Program-made: the position numbers and the translations under genes
Notes under the pieces: generated by a model
Told to the model about the DNA's origin: nothing
Databases searched by the model: none
Seen by the model: the letters and a program-made list of their open reading frames with translations, nothing else
IMG/VR virus record: IMGVR_UViG_3300045996_001810
Location: 1 to 53,985 of that record
Origin: a virus
Lineage: Duplodnaviria > Caudoviricetes
DNA length: 53,985 bases
Reading direction: 5' to 3' (one strand)
Shown: positions 35,716 through 44,335 of the stretch, piece by piece
How the letters are laid out: every line of letters starts with the position of its first letter
How positions within the stretch are numbered: position 1 is the first letter of the stretch

Positions 35716-37149
35716 TCACGCCGCCACCTGCTCGGCCTGCTCGGCGAGACCCTCCAGAAGGAACCGGGCGCGGGGCAGGCCTGCGGCGAACCGGTAAGCG
35801 TCCTTGTCGCCGAGGAAGTCCTCGGGCTTCTCCCCGCCGTCTGAGTAGTGCTCCGCGTACGCCTTGGCGTCCGTGGCGAACAGGAGCCGCTGGCGCAGCT
35901 CGGAGCGGGCGGCGACGACGCCGGGGTGATCCTTCGCGAAGTACGGGGCCGCCTCGAGCACGGCGAGCGCGTTGACCTGCTCGTCGTGGGCGACGAGGAC
36001 CTGCGCGAGCTCGATCACCCGCTGCGCCGCGAGGGCGCGCTTGCGCTGCGGCCGCCACGTCGCGAGCGCGTTCGCGACCCGGTCATCGTGCGCCAGGGCG
36101 AGCGCCTCCTCCCCGACCTGGATCGCCTCGTCGAGCCGGCCCTGCTCCCCCAGCGCGCCGGAGAGCACGAGGCGGGGGAGGAACGTGTAGTCGAGCGGGT
36201 TGACGATCAGGAGCGTGTCCGGCGCGCCGAGCTCGAGCACCCGGCGGCACCACGTTTCGGCGTGCTCCCACTCCCCGCGGCGGTAGTGCCCCTCCGCGAG
36301 CGTGAGGTAGCTGTCTGGCCACTCCGGATGGACCTTGAGCGCCTGCAGGGCGAGGTCGATCGCTTCGTCGACCCGGCCCTGGTCGAACAGGCACCCGGCC
36401 ATCTTGCGGTGCACCTGCGCGCGCTCCTCAGGCCAGCCGGTCTCCACGGCCAGGTACTTCGCGAACCAGTCCAGCGCCTCGTCGTGCTCGCCCACCGCCG
36501 CGTGCTCGGTCCCGAGGTAGGAGAGCACGCGCGGGTTGTCGGGCTCCTCGGCGACCCAGGCGGTCAGGATCCGCCGGTTGCGCTCGGAGCTGCTCAGTCC
36601 GTGCTGCGGCGGCGGCTCGTGGCGCCACTCGATCACGTCAGGGCCGACCCATTCGATCCGGCCGGCGATGACCTGCGCCTCGTGCACGCGGTTGGCCCAG
36701 TGGGTGACGCCGGCGCGGACGATCCGTTCGCGCTTGAGGTAGCAGACGCACTGGCCGGTCTCGTCGCGGGCGTAGTCGTAGCCGGCGCCGTAGGCGTGCA
36801 GGTCGAGGGGGGCCTGGGCGACGAGCGCCCGGAGGTTCTGCGCGCCGATGATCCGGTCGTCGGCGTCGACCCAGACGCGCCAGTCGGTCGTGAGCTGGTT
36901 GTCTGCCGCGTTGCGGGCGGCGGCGAAGTCGTCGACCCAGTCGAACTCGCCGATCACGAGCTCGGTGAGCACGCCGGCGGCGCGCTGCTCGGTCGCGAAC
37001 CGGCGGACGACGTCCAGGGTGCCGTCCGTCGATCCGGTGTCCACGATCGCGACCTGGTCGACGTGCTCCCAGAAGCTCGCGAGACACCGTTCGATGATCG
37101 CCGCTTCGTCGCGGACGATCATCGCGACCCCAACGGTCGGGCGCCTCAC
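35716..37149 (-). CDS. GT2 glycosyltransferase with TPR repeats
   Basis: AMIVRDE, VDTGSTDGT, DDFAAARN, WVDADD, RVHE, then TPR-like helices; GTG start overlaps upstream stop. Confidence 0.9.
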   Translation of the reverse strand: MRRPTVGVAMIVRDEAAIIERCLASFWEHVDQVAIVDTGSTDGTLDVVRRFATEQRAAGVLTELVIGEFDWVDDFAAARNAADNQLTTDWRVWVDADDRIIGAQNLRALVAQAPLDLHAYGAGYDYARDETGQCVCYLKRERIVRAGVTHWANRVHEAQVIAGRIEWVGPDVIEWRHEPPPQHGLSSSERNRRILTAWVAEEPDNPRVLSYLGTEHAAVGEHDEALDWFAKYLAVETGWPEERAQVHRKMAGCLFDQGRVDEAIDLALQALKVHPEWPDSYLTLAEGHYRRGEWEHAETWCRRVLELGAPDTLLIVNPLDYTFLPRLVLSGALGEQGRLDEAIQVGEEALALAHDDRVANALATWRPQRKRALAAQRVIELAQVLVAHDEQVNALAVLEAAPYFAKDHPGVVAARSELRQRLLFATDAKAYAEHYSDGGEKPEDFLGDKDAYRFAAGLPRARFLLEGLAEQAEQVAA

Positions 37150-37355
37150 CCGGAGGTCCTCGGCCAGAAGGACCCGGAGGAGGCGCCCACCGCTCGGGCG
37201 ATCCGCTCTTGCGAGCTCGGTCCGGGACGATACCCGGACTCGCACATGGAAACGAGGGAGACCGCGCAGCCGGCCGCCTGGGCGACGTCGACGAGGCGCA
37301 TGTTCTGCGCCTTCCTTGCGGCCTTGAGGGGGTGCAGGGGGGCGGTGGGTGTCAC
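37146..37355 (-). CDS. XRE-family HTH protein
   Basis: LKAARKAQNMRLVDVAQAAGCAVSLVSMCESG. Confidence 0.82.
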   Translation of the reverse strand: MTPTAPLHPLKAARKAQNMRLVDVAQAAGCAVSLVSMCESGYRPGPSSQERIARAVGASSGSFWPRTSG

Positions 37356-37417
37356 GCGGCGGCGACTATCCGGCCCGTTTCAGAAATCCTGTCCCCCGCT
37401 TGCGTTACGGTTCCGGC

Positions 37418-37636
37418 ATGACCGCCACCTACGGATTCGCGCTCACCCCACCGACGCCGACGCCCTCCACGGACGCGATCGCCGTGGAGCGCGGCGATGC
37501 CCTGCCCCACGTAGGCGAGTGGGAGATCACCTTCACTCTCGCGGCGGGGTTCACGGAGGAGGACGCCTTCGAGCTCTACGAAAGGCTCGAGCGCCACCCG
37601 GCGGTCTCAGGCGCCGTCCTCGCCGGGCGCCCGTGA
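37418..37636 (+). CDS. Small leaderless hypothetical protein
   Basis: TACGGT at 37406-37411, 6 nt before ATG. Confidence 0.6.
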   Translation: MTATYGFALTPPTPTPSTDAIAVERGDALPHVGEWEITFTLAAGFTEEDAFELYERLERHPAVSGAVLAGRP

Positions 37637-37878
37637 CGCGACTGCGGCCGGACTCCGGGCCCGGCGCCGCCTGCCAGTGCGGCCGGCCCGACTGCATCAT
37701 CCCGGACGGGAAGCGCGCGCACGCGAAGTTCGCGTCGGTCGGCTGCAAGCAGCTCGCCTACCGGCGCCGGGTCGAGGACCCCCGACTCAGGGAGGAGACC
37801 TCCCGGGCGTTCTGGCGCGGGATCCCCGCGGTGCGGCCCAGCCTGCCCGGATACCGTCCGAACCGCTCGAAAGCGTAA
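37633..37878 (+). CDS. Small Cys-rich protein (CGNR-like finger)
   Basis: CQC...C...KFAS..CKQLAYRRR; GTGA overlap. Confidence 0.55.
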   Translation: MTRLRPDSGPGAACQCGRPDCIIPDGKRAHAKFASVGCKQLAYRRRVEDPRLREETSRAFWRGIPAVRPSLPGYRPNRSKA

Positions 37879-37880
37879 CG

Positions 37881-38396
37881 CTACGCGGGACGGGCCACGT
37901 ACAGGCCCATCTCCGCGGCCGCCCCGCCGCCGGCGACGCGGACCGTCCACGGCCCGTAGCAGTCCGGGGTGAGCACCGCGACGTAGCAGTCGCCCTGCGC
38001 CTCGGCGAGAAGGCCGCGCGCGGGCGCCCCCTCAGCCGGGGACTGCGCCGTGAACGTCAGCCCCGGCCGGGCGGGCCGCCCCTGCAGGTCCGTGAAGCGC
38101 GCCTCGAGCCGGAGCGCCTGCCCCAACGGATACCCGGCGGGCGGCTGCCCCGGCGCGACCGACAGGGCGCAGGTGAGGACCTCCGGAGGGCGCGCCTCGC
38201 CCACCTGGAGCTCCTCCTCCGTCCCGTCGAACCACCGCAGCCGGTAGGTGCCCGGGACGGGCGTCCAGAGCTCCACGCGGCCCCTACGGTCCACCGGGAT
38301 CCGGAGATGCAGGCCGGTCGGCGTGTCCACCTCGAGGTGGCCCTCGCCGCGGAGCCGGACCAGGTCGCCGGCGCGGTACTCGCGGCGGACCGCCAT
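37881..38396 (-). CDS. Hypothetical beta-rich (Ig-like) protein
   Basis: 171 aa; TGATG coupling. Confidence 0.55.
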   Translation of the reverse strand: MAVRREYRAGDLVRLRGEGHLEVDTPTGLHLRIPVDRRGRVELWTPVPGTYRLRWFDGTEEELQVGEARPPEVLTCALSVAPGQPPAGYPLGQALRLEARFTDLQGRPARPGLTFTAQSPAEGAPARGLLAEAQGDCYVAVLTPDCYGPWTVRVAGGGAAAEMGLYVARPA

Positions 38397-38731
38397 CAGT
38401 CGAGGTCGGCGAGGATCTCGACGCTGAAGTAGCCGTCGTTCGGGAACGTCTGCACGCTCGGCGGGGTGCTGCCCGCGTCCCAGGTGACCTCCCACTCGCC
38501 CTGGTACTCGCCGGCCTGGTCGGTGTCCCCCGCGGCCCACTCGTACTCGACGGCGCCGCCGGCCGCGGACGTGACCGCCGCGGCGCCCTCCACCACGGTC
38601 GAGGGGGACTCGAGCTTGAGGATCAGCCGCACACTGTCGGCCGCGGTCAGGTCGACGGGGGTGCCGTCGTCGTCCAGGACGGCGCCGAGGGGCGGGTAGG
38701 TGTCGCCGGTCTTGATCGTGAAGTCAGCCAA
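38396..38731 (-). CDS. BppU-like virion structural domain protein
   Basis: IKTGDT.P...VDLT...VEYEW.AGDT...GEYQGEWEVTW...TFPNDGY. Confidence 0.72.
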   Translation of the reverse strand: MADFTIKTGDTYPPLGAVLDDDGTPVDLTAADSVRLILKLESPSTVVEGAAAVTSAAGGAVEYEWAAGDTDQAGEYQGEWEVTWDAGSTPPSVQTFPNDGYFSVEILADLD

Positions 38732-40001
38732 TGGTCACTCCGCTCGCGCGCTCGTCGGCGGTGACGCCGGTGTCGAGCGCGACTATCCCGACCCCGTAGC
38801 TCGACGAGCCCACGGTCACGCCGCGCGATCCGCCGTTCGTGACGGTCACGTTCGTCGGGCCGGTGATCTCGGGCGCTGCCGCCCCGCCGGAGCTCACCGC
38901 GGGGGCGGGCGCGTCCCCCGCCCCGGTGGCGGCAGGGGCGGTCACGCCCGCCCCCGCGGCGGCCGCGGGGGCGGGCGCCGCGCCGGCCGCGTCCGCGGCG
39001 GGGGCAGTCAGGGCCGCGTCCGCCGTCACCGCGGGGGCTGGGGCGTCGCCGGCGCCGTCCGCGACCGCGTCATCCGCGTCCGCGTCGACCGTCGCGTTCG
39101 CGCCGGTGGAGACCCCGGGAATCGGCGCGTCGCCGGCGCCCGTCGCGGCCGGGGCGGTCACTTCCGCGCTGGTCTCGTTCCCGGAGAGCGGCGCCTGCCC
39201 GGACGCGGTCGCCGCCGGCGCGCTCACGGTCGCGTCCGCCGCGACCGCCGGGGCGGGGGCGTCCCCGGCCGCGTCGGCGACCGCGTCGTCGGCGTCCGCG
39301 TCCACGGTGGCGTCCGTGCCGCCGCCGCCTGCGGACGGGTTGACCGAGAACGCGAATCCGAGGCACCGGTAGTTCGACAGCGACGATGGCGTGCCGGTGA
39401 CGCTGAGGTCCCCGGTCGCGCCGGTCACGGCGTCGAGGTACGCGGCACCCAGGGAGAGGTCGGCGCCCGTGTCGGTGACCGCATCGAGCAACTCGGTGAA
39501 CGTCCCCGGGTGTGTGAACGCGGCCGCCCCGGTCGCGGTGCCCGACGTGGCGTCGTTGTCGAAGCCGACATACGCGGCGTAGACCCGCTTGCTTGTCCCC
39601 GCCGTGATGCCCGGGATGGTGAGCGCGCCGTCGCCGGTCGCGCTGTTGCCTTCCAGGCCGATCACGTCGATGGCGTCGGTGCCGTCGAGGTCCGGGTCGA
39701 CCCAGGCGATCGCCATGTTGACGTCGTTGGAGCCGATCGTGTTCAGCGTGAACGACGTGGGGTCGCCGGTCTGCATGATCCGGTGGAAGACCGCGATCGC
39801 GACGATCGTGCTAGTGCGGACGCTGAGGATCGTGTCCCAGTCGGTGTGCGCGCCGAAGGTCTCCGTCGACATCTGCTTCGTGCCCGCGAGCACGAAGATG
39901 CTGTCCCCGGGGTTCCAGTCGACGCCCTCGGTCCCCAGCGGGACGCTGAGGGTGCCCGGAGTCGTCGCCGTGGCGGCAGGCGTACCCACGACAGGAGCCA
40001 T
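38724..40001 (-). CDS. Ala/Thr/Gly-rich fibre-like protein with internal repeats
   Basis: Duplicated ATVDADADDAVAD.AGDAPAPAV.ADA and VTAPAATGAGDAP. Confidence 0.65.
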   Translation of the reverse strand: MAPVVGTPAATATTPGTLSVPLGTEGVDWNPGDSIFVLAGTKQMSTETFGAHTDWDTILSVRTSTIVAIAVFHRIMQTGDPTSFTLNTIGSNDVNMAIAWVDPDLDGTDAIDVIGLEGNSATGDGALTIPGITAGTSKRVYAAYVGFDNDATSGTATGAAAFTHPGTFTELLDAVTDTGADLSLGAAYLDAVTGATGDLSVTGTPSSLSNYRCLGFAFSVNPSAGGGGTDATVDADADDAVADAAGDAPAPAVAADATVSAPAATASGQAPLSGNETSAEVTAPAATGAGDAPIPGVSTGANATVDADADDAVADGAGDAPAPAVTADAALTAPAADAAGAAPAPAAAAGAGVTAPAATGAGDAPAPAVSSGGAAAPEITGPTNVTVTNGGSRGVTVGSSSYGVGIVALDTGVTADERASGVTIG

Positions 40002-41257
40002 TAGGGCAGCCCTCCGGTCTCGGTCTCGACGTGGTCAAGCCACGCGCGGGTCAGGTTCCGTAGCCGCTCCTGCGCGTCCGCCGCGCCCAGGTCGGCCGAC
40101 GTGCCCGGCTCGGGCATGAACGGCTTACGGACCGTGTCCGCGTGCTCGCGGGAGATGTCCATGCGCTGCCAGGCGGTCGAGAGCATCGCCCCGGGGCTCG
40201 CGTCCGCTGCCCGGACGGGCACCCAGTCGTCGAGCTCGGCCTCGAGCCAGACGGTGCGGTCGGTGTTGTGCCGGTCGGTCTCGTTGACCGCGACCGGCTG
40301 CGACAGTGCCGACAGAGCGTTGAGCTCGTCGTCCACGGTGCTCGCGCCCATGACGTTGAGGTGCACCCAGCAGATGTCTGTGACCGCGTTGGTCAGCGGC
40401 CCGGGGACGGTCCGGCTCGAGCAGCCGATCGCGGGCCGGTTCGGGTCCGCGCCCCACGAGTCGATGAAGTATTCGACCATCTGCGCGGCGCCGGCGTCGG
40501 TCTTCCAGATGTCGGCGTGGCCGGACGCCCAGTTGCCGGAGGGGTCGTCCCCGGACTCGTTGGCCAGGTCGATGACGACGTTCCGGTAGCCCTTGCCCTT
40601 GAGCCACGCGATGAACGTGTCGATGCCGGCCTCGTAGTTGTCGGTGGTCGAGAGCCACCGGCACTGGCGGGCGTAGTAGAGCTGCACGCAGGCGAAGACG
40701 CCCTCCGCAGCGGCGGCTTCGATCGCGGCCTCGTGGCGCGCCATGTGGTTCGCCTTCAGCGCCGTGCCGCCGGCCTCGAACGCGGACGGCGCCCCGCCCG
40801 AGAGCTCGTACTGGATGCCGGACGCGCCGTCGTCGATCGCGGCGTCCGCCTCGTTGTTGATCGGGTTGCCGCACTCCAGCCCGAACGAGATGCAGTGTAC
40901 GCCCGCCTCCCGGTATGCCGCCAGCTGGTCGATGAAGTGCTCCGTGTTGCGGTCCGCTTCGGCCTCGGTCACGTCGCCGTCCTGCGTGACCGCGCCACCG
41001 TCGTTCTGGCCCCACGTCAGGTTGGCCCAGCGGGCCGTGACCATCGCGCCCTCGTAGCCCTTCCCGGCGTTCTGCGCGTGGCTGTAGGTCGGCTCCCAGT
41101 CCGCCGCGGCCGCCTGGTCTGCGCCCGTGTACGACACGTAGAACTTGCGCTCGTCGTAGCTGGACACGCCCTGGGCATCGTTCAGCTGCGCGCCCGTCGC
41201 GACCGCGAGCTGGTCGGAGGGGATGGTGGCGCGCCCGATATACACGCTGATGCTCAC
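40001..41257 (-). CDS. Glycoside hydrolase-like TIM-barrel protein (clan GH-A-like)
   Basis: IDLANE and VAVNET as candidate catalytic glutamates. Confidence 0.55.
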   Translation of the reverse strand: MSISVYIGRATIPSDQLAVATGAQLNDAQGVSSYDERKFYVSYTGADQAAAADWEPTYSHAQNAGKGYEGAMVTARWANLTWGQNDGGAVTQDGDVTEAEADRNTEHFIDQLAAYREAGVHCISFGLECGNPINNEADAAIDDGASGIQYELSGGAPSAFEAGGTALKANHMARHEAAIEAAAAEGVFACVQLYYARQCRWLSTTDNYEAGIDTFIAWLKGKGYRNVVIDLANESGDDPSGNWASGHADIWKTDAGAAQMVEYFIDSWGADPNRPAIGCSSRTVPGPLTNAVTDICWVHLNVMGASTVDDELNALSALSQPVAVNETDRHNTDRTVWLEAELDDWVPVRAADASPGAMLSTAWQRMDISREHADTVRKPFMPEPGTSADLGAADAQERLRNLTRAWLDHVETETGGLP

Positions 41258-42762
41258 AGCTCGTCCATGCCGGCGTCAGGCGTCCCAGAGCGGGCGTCGC
41301 CGTCGTAGTCGGTGGCTGGCGGGCTGGTCGGGTTCCCCGCGTTGTTGCCCGACGATAGGTGCAGGTCCCATGCGGCCCGGTCGGTGAACGTGAAGGTCTG
41401 GCCGCTCGCGTTGTTGCCGTCGTCGCAGCTCGCGTTGAAGGCGGCGCCCTCGGTCCGGTTGTACGTCCACGAGTAGGACGGCGCCTCCACGGAGCAACCG
41501 GGCGTGTCGTCGAACAGGTTGGAATCGACCCGCACCCCCAGCCCGCCCTCCGGACACTCGCCGGTGACGTGGCTGCCGCCGTCCACAAACGTGTTGAAGC
41601 GGATCAGCGCCTCGCAGCCGTTGCCGGAGGTGTCGCTGGAGAAGTGGATGGTGGCCTTCTCCGAGGAGCCGGCGCGGCCCGGGCAGTCGGCCTCGTCGGG
41701 GTCGTTGTCGTTGTCGCCGGTGCAGCCGTTCTCGGTGATCCCGGCGTAGGTCATCCCGAACGAGTTGTTGACGAGCTCGACGTCCCGGATCGTCGAGTCG
41801 CCGTGGATATTGAAGCTGATCGTCGCGGTGTTGCCGAGGTTCTCCTCCCACCGGTTGCCCTCCACGAGGAGCCCGTCGACGCCCTGGACGTGCAGCGCCT
41901 CCCGGTGGCAGTCACCATCGGAGCAGGTGACCGGCTTCCATATCTCGTGGAAGTAGTTGTCGCGGACGATGATGTCGGCGGACGGGGTCGCCTCAGACGG
42001 GCAGGAGGAGGTCTCGCCGGGCGGGATCGCGGTCCCGCCCCACGGCGAGCTCACCGTGGGGACGCCGGAAGCGACCCGGTCGGTGAACTCGTTGCCCTCG
42101 AAGGTCAGCTCGAACCCGCAGCGGACCAGGAAGCCGGCGGCCTTGATCTCCCGGACGGTGATGTCCCGGGAGCCCGGGCGCATGACGATATTGGAGTCGT
42201 CGAAGTTGACGCTGTTGGTCAGCTGCCAACGGCCGCCGTCCCCGTCGATCGTGATGTGCTTCGGCGCGACCGCGCCGGTGGTCGCGGCCCCCTGGAACTC
42301 GAGGTCGGCCATCAGCACGGTCGTACCGGGGGAGGGCCGGAACGTCGTGTCGGTGTCCGCGGTCTTGCCGGTGTCGCCGCGGACCAGGTCGGTCGTGGTG
42401 CCGTAGTCGCAGGTGGTCGTGTCGCAGCCGAGCAGCACGAGGTCGCCGCCGGAGTCGGACGCGGCCTGGTAGGCCTCGGCGACCGTGTCGCAGTCCTCGT
42501 TGGCGGCGACGGCGGCCGCGTAGCTCTCGGGGTTGGACGCGCGCACGCAGCTGCCGCCTGCCTCGGTGATCCACAGGTTCGCCAGCTCGTCGTCGCCCGT
42601 GACCCCCGGGAACGGGGACGTCGCGGCGGCCAAGGCCGCCGGGGACACGGTCGTCGCGTTCTTGATGACGACCGGGGAGCCGATGAAGACGCTGACGCCC
42701 TGGCCCTGGGCCGGCGCGGCGAGCGCCAGGAAGAGCCCGAGCGCGGCCAGGAGCGCGCGCAC
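41254..42762 (-). CDS. Signal-peptide-bearing parallel beta-helix (pectin-lyase-like) protein
   Basis: MRALLAALGLFLALAAPAQG; repeated ..V..N.F (TFEGNEF, IVRDNYF, LVEGNRW, IRFNTF); DYDGDAR...DAG C-terminus. Confidence 0.72.
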   Translation of the reverse strand: MRALLAALGLFLALAAPAQGQGVSVFIGSPVVIKNATTVSPAALAAATSPFPGVTGDDELANLWITEAGGSCVRASNPESYAAAVAANEDCDTVAEAYQAASDSGGDLVLLGCDTTTCDYGTTTDLVRGDTGKTADTDTTFRPSPGTTVLMADLEFQGAATTGAVAPKHITIDGDGGRWQLTNSVNFDDSNIVMRPGSRDITVREIKAAGFLVRCGFELTFEGNEFTDRVASGVPTVSSPWGGTAIPPGETSSCPSEATPSADIIVRDNYFHEIWKPVTCSDGDCHREALHVQGVDGLLVEGNRWEENLGNTATISFNIHGDSTIRDVELVNNSFGMTYAGITENGCTGDNDNDPDEADCPGRAGSSEKATIHFSSDTSGNGCEALIRFNTFVDGGSHVTGECPEGGLGVRVDSNLFDDTPGCSVEAPSYSWTYNRTEGAAFNASCDDGNNASGQTFTFTDRAAWDLHLSSGNNAGNPTSPPATDYDGDARSGTPDAGMDEL

Positions 42763-42772
42763 GGGACCCCGC

Positions 42773-43690
42773 CTACGTGACGTCGATGACGACGACGCCC
42801 GTGCTGTCGAACGTGATCTGGAACGTGCCGGCCGTCGTGCTGACGGTGGCGCCGAAGTCGATGCCGGCGATCAGCGGGTCCGTCGAGGAGGCGCCGCCGG
42901 TGTTCTGCCAGACGATCGCGTCCGTCGCCGAGATCGTCGACGTCGCCCAGCTCGTGTCGGAGGCGTCGCAGCGGACCTGATCCGAGGCGGTGTCGTACGT
43001 CGGCGCCGAGCAGGTGAGCGTGTTACCCAGGCTCGTGTAGTTGGTGCCGGTGACCTCGGACGCGGACACGTCGTCGAAGTAGTCGTGCGTGTCGAAGTCC
43101 GCGCTGTAGCCGGTGTGCAGCGAGCACTGAATCACGCTCGTGTCCCAGTCCCACACCGACGTGCCGCCGAGCATGTTCTTGAGCGGGACGCCGTAGAGGG
43201 CGGCGGTGACGGCGTTGATCGGGATGCCGCGCTCGCGGAGCTCGTCGAGGACCTTGAGCCACTCCTCGGGGACCTCGGCGAGCTTGACGGCCTGCCGGAT
43301 GAGCGCCTGCCGGCGTTCGCGGTCCTCGTCGATGAGCTCGAGGCTCTCCACGGTGAACGGGGAGGCCTGGTGGTGCTGGGCGAGCTTGCCGCGCAGCCGC
43401 GCGGACCCGGTCCCCGGCCCGCCGGTGAAGATCACGCGGCCCGAGTCGTCGAACCGGTAGTCGGCCAGGACCTTGTCGTAGTCGGCCCCGTTGAGGCCCT
43501 GCCGGACCAGCACGCCGCCATCGGTCTGCTCCCAGGCGCCGCCCTCGTCGGCGTCCAGGCTGTAGGCGACCTGCTCGGCCTCCACACGGGCGATCTCGGC
43601 GCGCGCCTCAGCCTCCGTCGCGGCGCGGACCGCGAGGTGCCGGGTGTGATCGGAGTCGGGGGCGCGGAGGATCGCGGCGTACTTGGGCAT
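42773..43690 (-). CDS. Putative virion structural protein
   Basis: C-terminal WDWDT...THDYFDDV...EVTGTNYT...IDFG pattern recalled from phage structural proteins. Confidence 0.6.
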   Translation of the reverse strand: MPKYAAILRAPDSDHTRHLAVRAATEAEARAEIARVEAEQVAYSLDADEGGAWEQTDGGVLVRQGLNGADYDKVLADYRFDDSGRVIFTGGPGTGSARLRGKLAQHHQASPFTVESLELIDEDRERRQALIRQAVKLAEVPEEWLKVLDELRERGIPINAVTAALYGVPLKNMLGGTSVWDWDTSVIQCSLHTGYSADFDTHDYFDDVSASEVTGTNYTSLGNTLTCSAPTYDTASDQVRCDASDTSWATSTISATDAIVWQNTGGASSTDPLIAGIDFGATVSTTAGTFQITFDSTGVVVIDVT

Positions 43691-44004
43691 CAGGAGGAGG
43701 CCTTCCGGGAGCGGGTCTTCTTGGGCGCGGGGCCGGTCGGGACCGGGCCCCGGTCGCCGCTGACGTCGCGCACCAGGTCAGGCGCGGGCGCGGCCGTGGC
43801 GCGCTGGCCCGCGCCGCAGCCGCAGCCCTCGCCGGCGCACGGTTCGCAGTAGGCGCGGCCGCGGGCGATCAGGTCGGCGTGATCCAGGGCCCGCTCGCGG
43901 CCGGCGAAGCTCACGGTCTCCGGGAGCTCGTCGCCCGCCCGGGCGATCCCGTCCGTGAACCGGGGGTCGTGCACGAGCAGGTCGGTGGCGGCGTAGACGG
44001 GCAC
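43690..44004 (-). CDS. Small hypothetical protein with Cys cluster
   Basis: Start defined by the motif at 44008. Confidence 0.6.
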   Translation of the reverse strand: MPVYAATDLLVHDPRFTDGIARAGDELPETVSFAGRERALDHADLIARGRAYCEPCAGEGCGCGAGQRATAAPAPDLVRDVSGDRGPVPTGPAPKKTRSRKASS

Positions 44005-44011
44005 GCCGCGA

Positions 44012-44335
44012 CTATCCGACCAGGCCGCGCCAGGCCACTAGGACACCGGCGAGGGCGCGCATCGCGCGCTCGTAGGCGTCGCAGGCGTCCGCGTCCCCCG
44101 CGAGCATCCCCGGCCGGTTCTTCTGCGCCCACCACAGCGCGTAGTTCCGGGCGTCCGCGAGCTCCTCGGCGACCTCGCGGAGCCACCCGTCCTGGGAACG
44201 CGGCCGGACGCCGCCCGGGTGAGCGCGGCCGTCCGCGTACGCGCCGATCCCGCCGTCGCTGACCAGGCCGACGCTGCGCGCGGCCAGGTCGGTCAACTCC
44301 CGCTCGAGCTGGTGGTCGCGCGCTACGACGGTCAC
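44012..44335 (-). CDS. MazG-like (all-alpha NTP pyrophosphatase) small protein
   Basis: WLREVAEELADARNY motif; GTGA overlap. Confidence 0.5.
   Translation of the reverse strand: MTVVARDHQLERELTDLAARSVGLVSDGGIGAYADGRAHPGGVRPRSQDGWLREVAEELADARNYALWWAQKNRPGMLAGDADACDAYERAMRALAGVLVAWRGLVG

Noticed and set aside
38880-39320. Direct repeats in the fibre-like gene as DGR template/variable repeats
   Set aside because: Ordinary in-frame protein repeats; no reverse transcriptase and no adenine-specific differences
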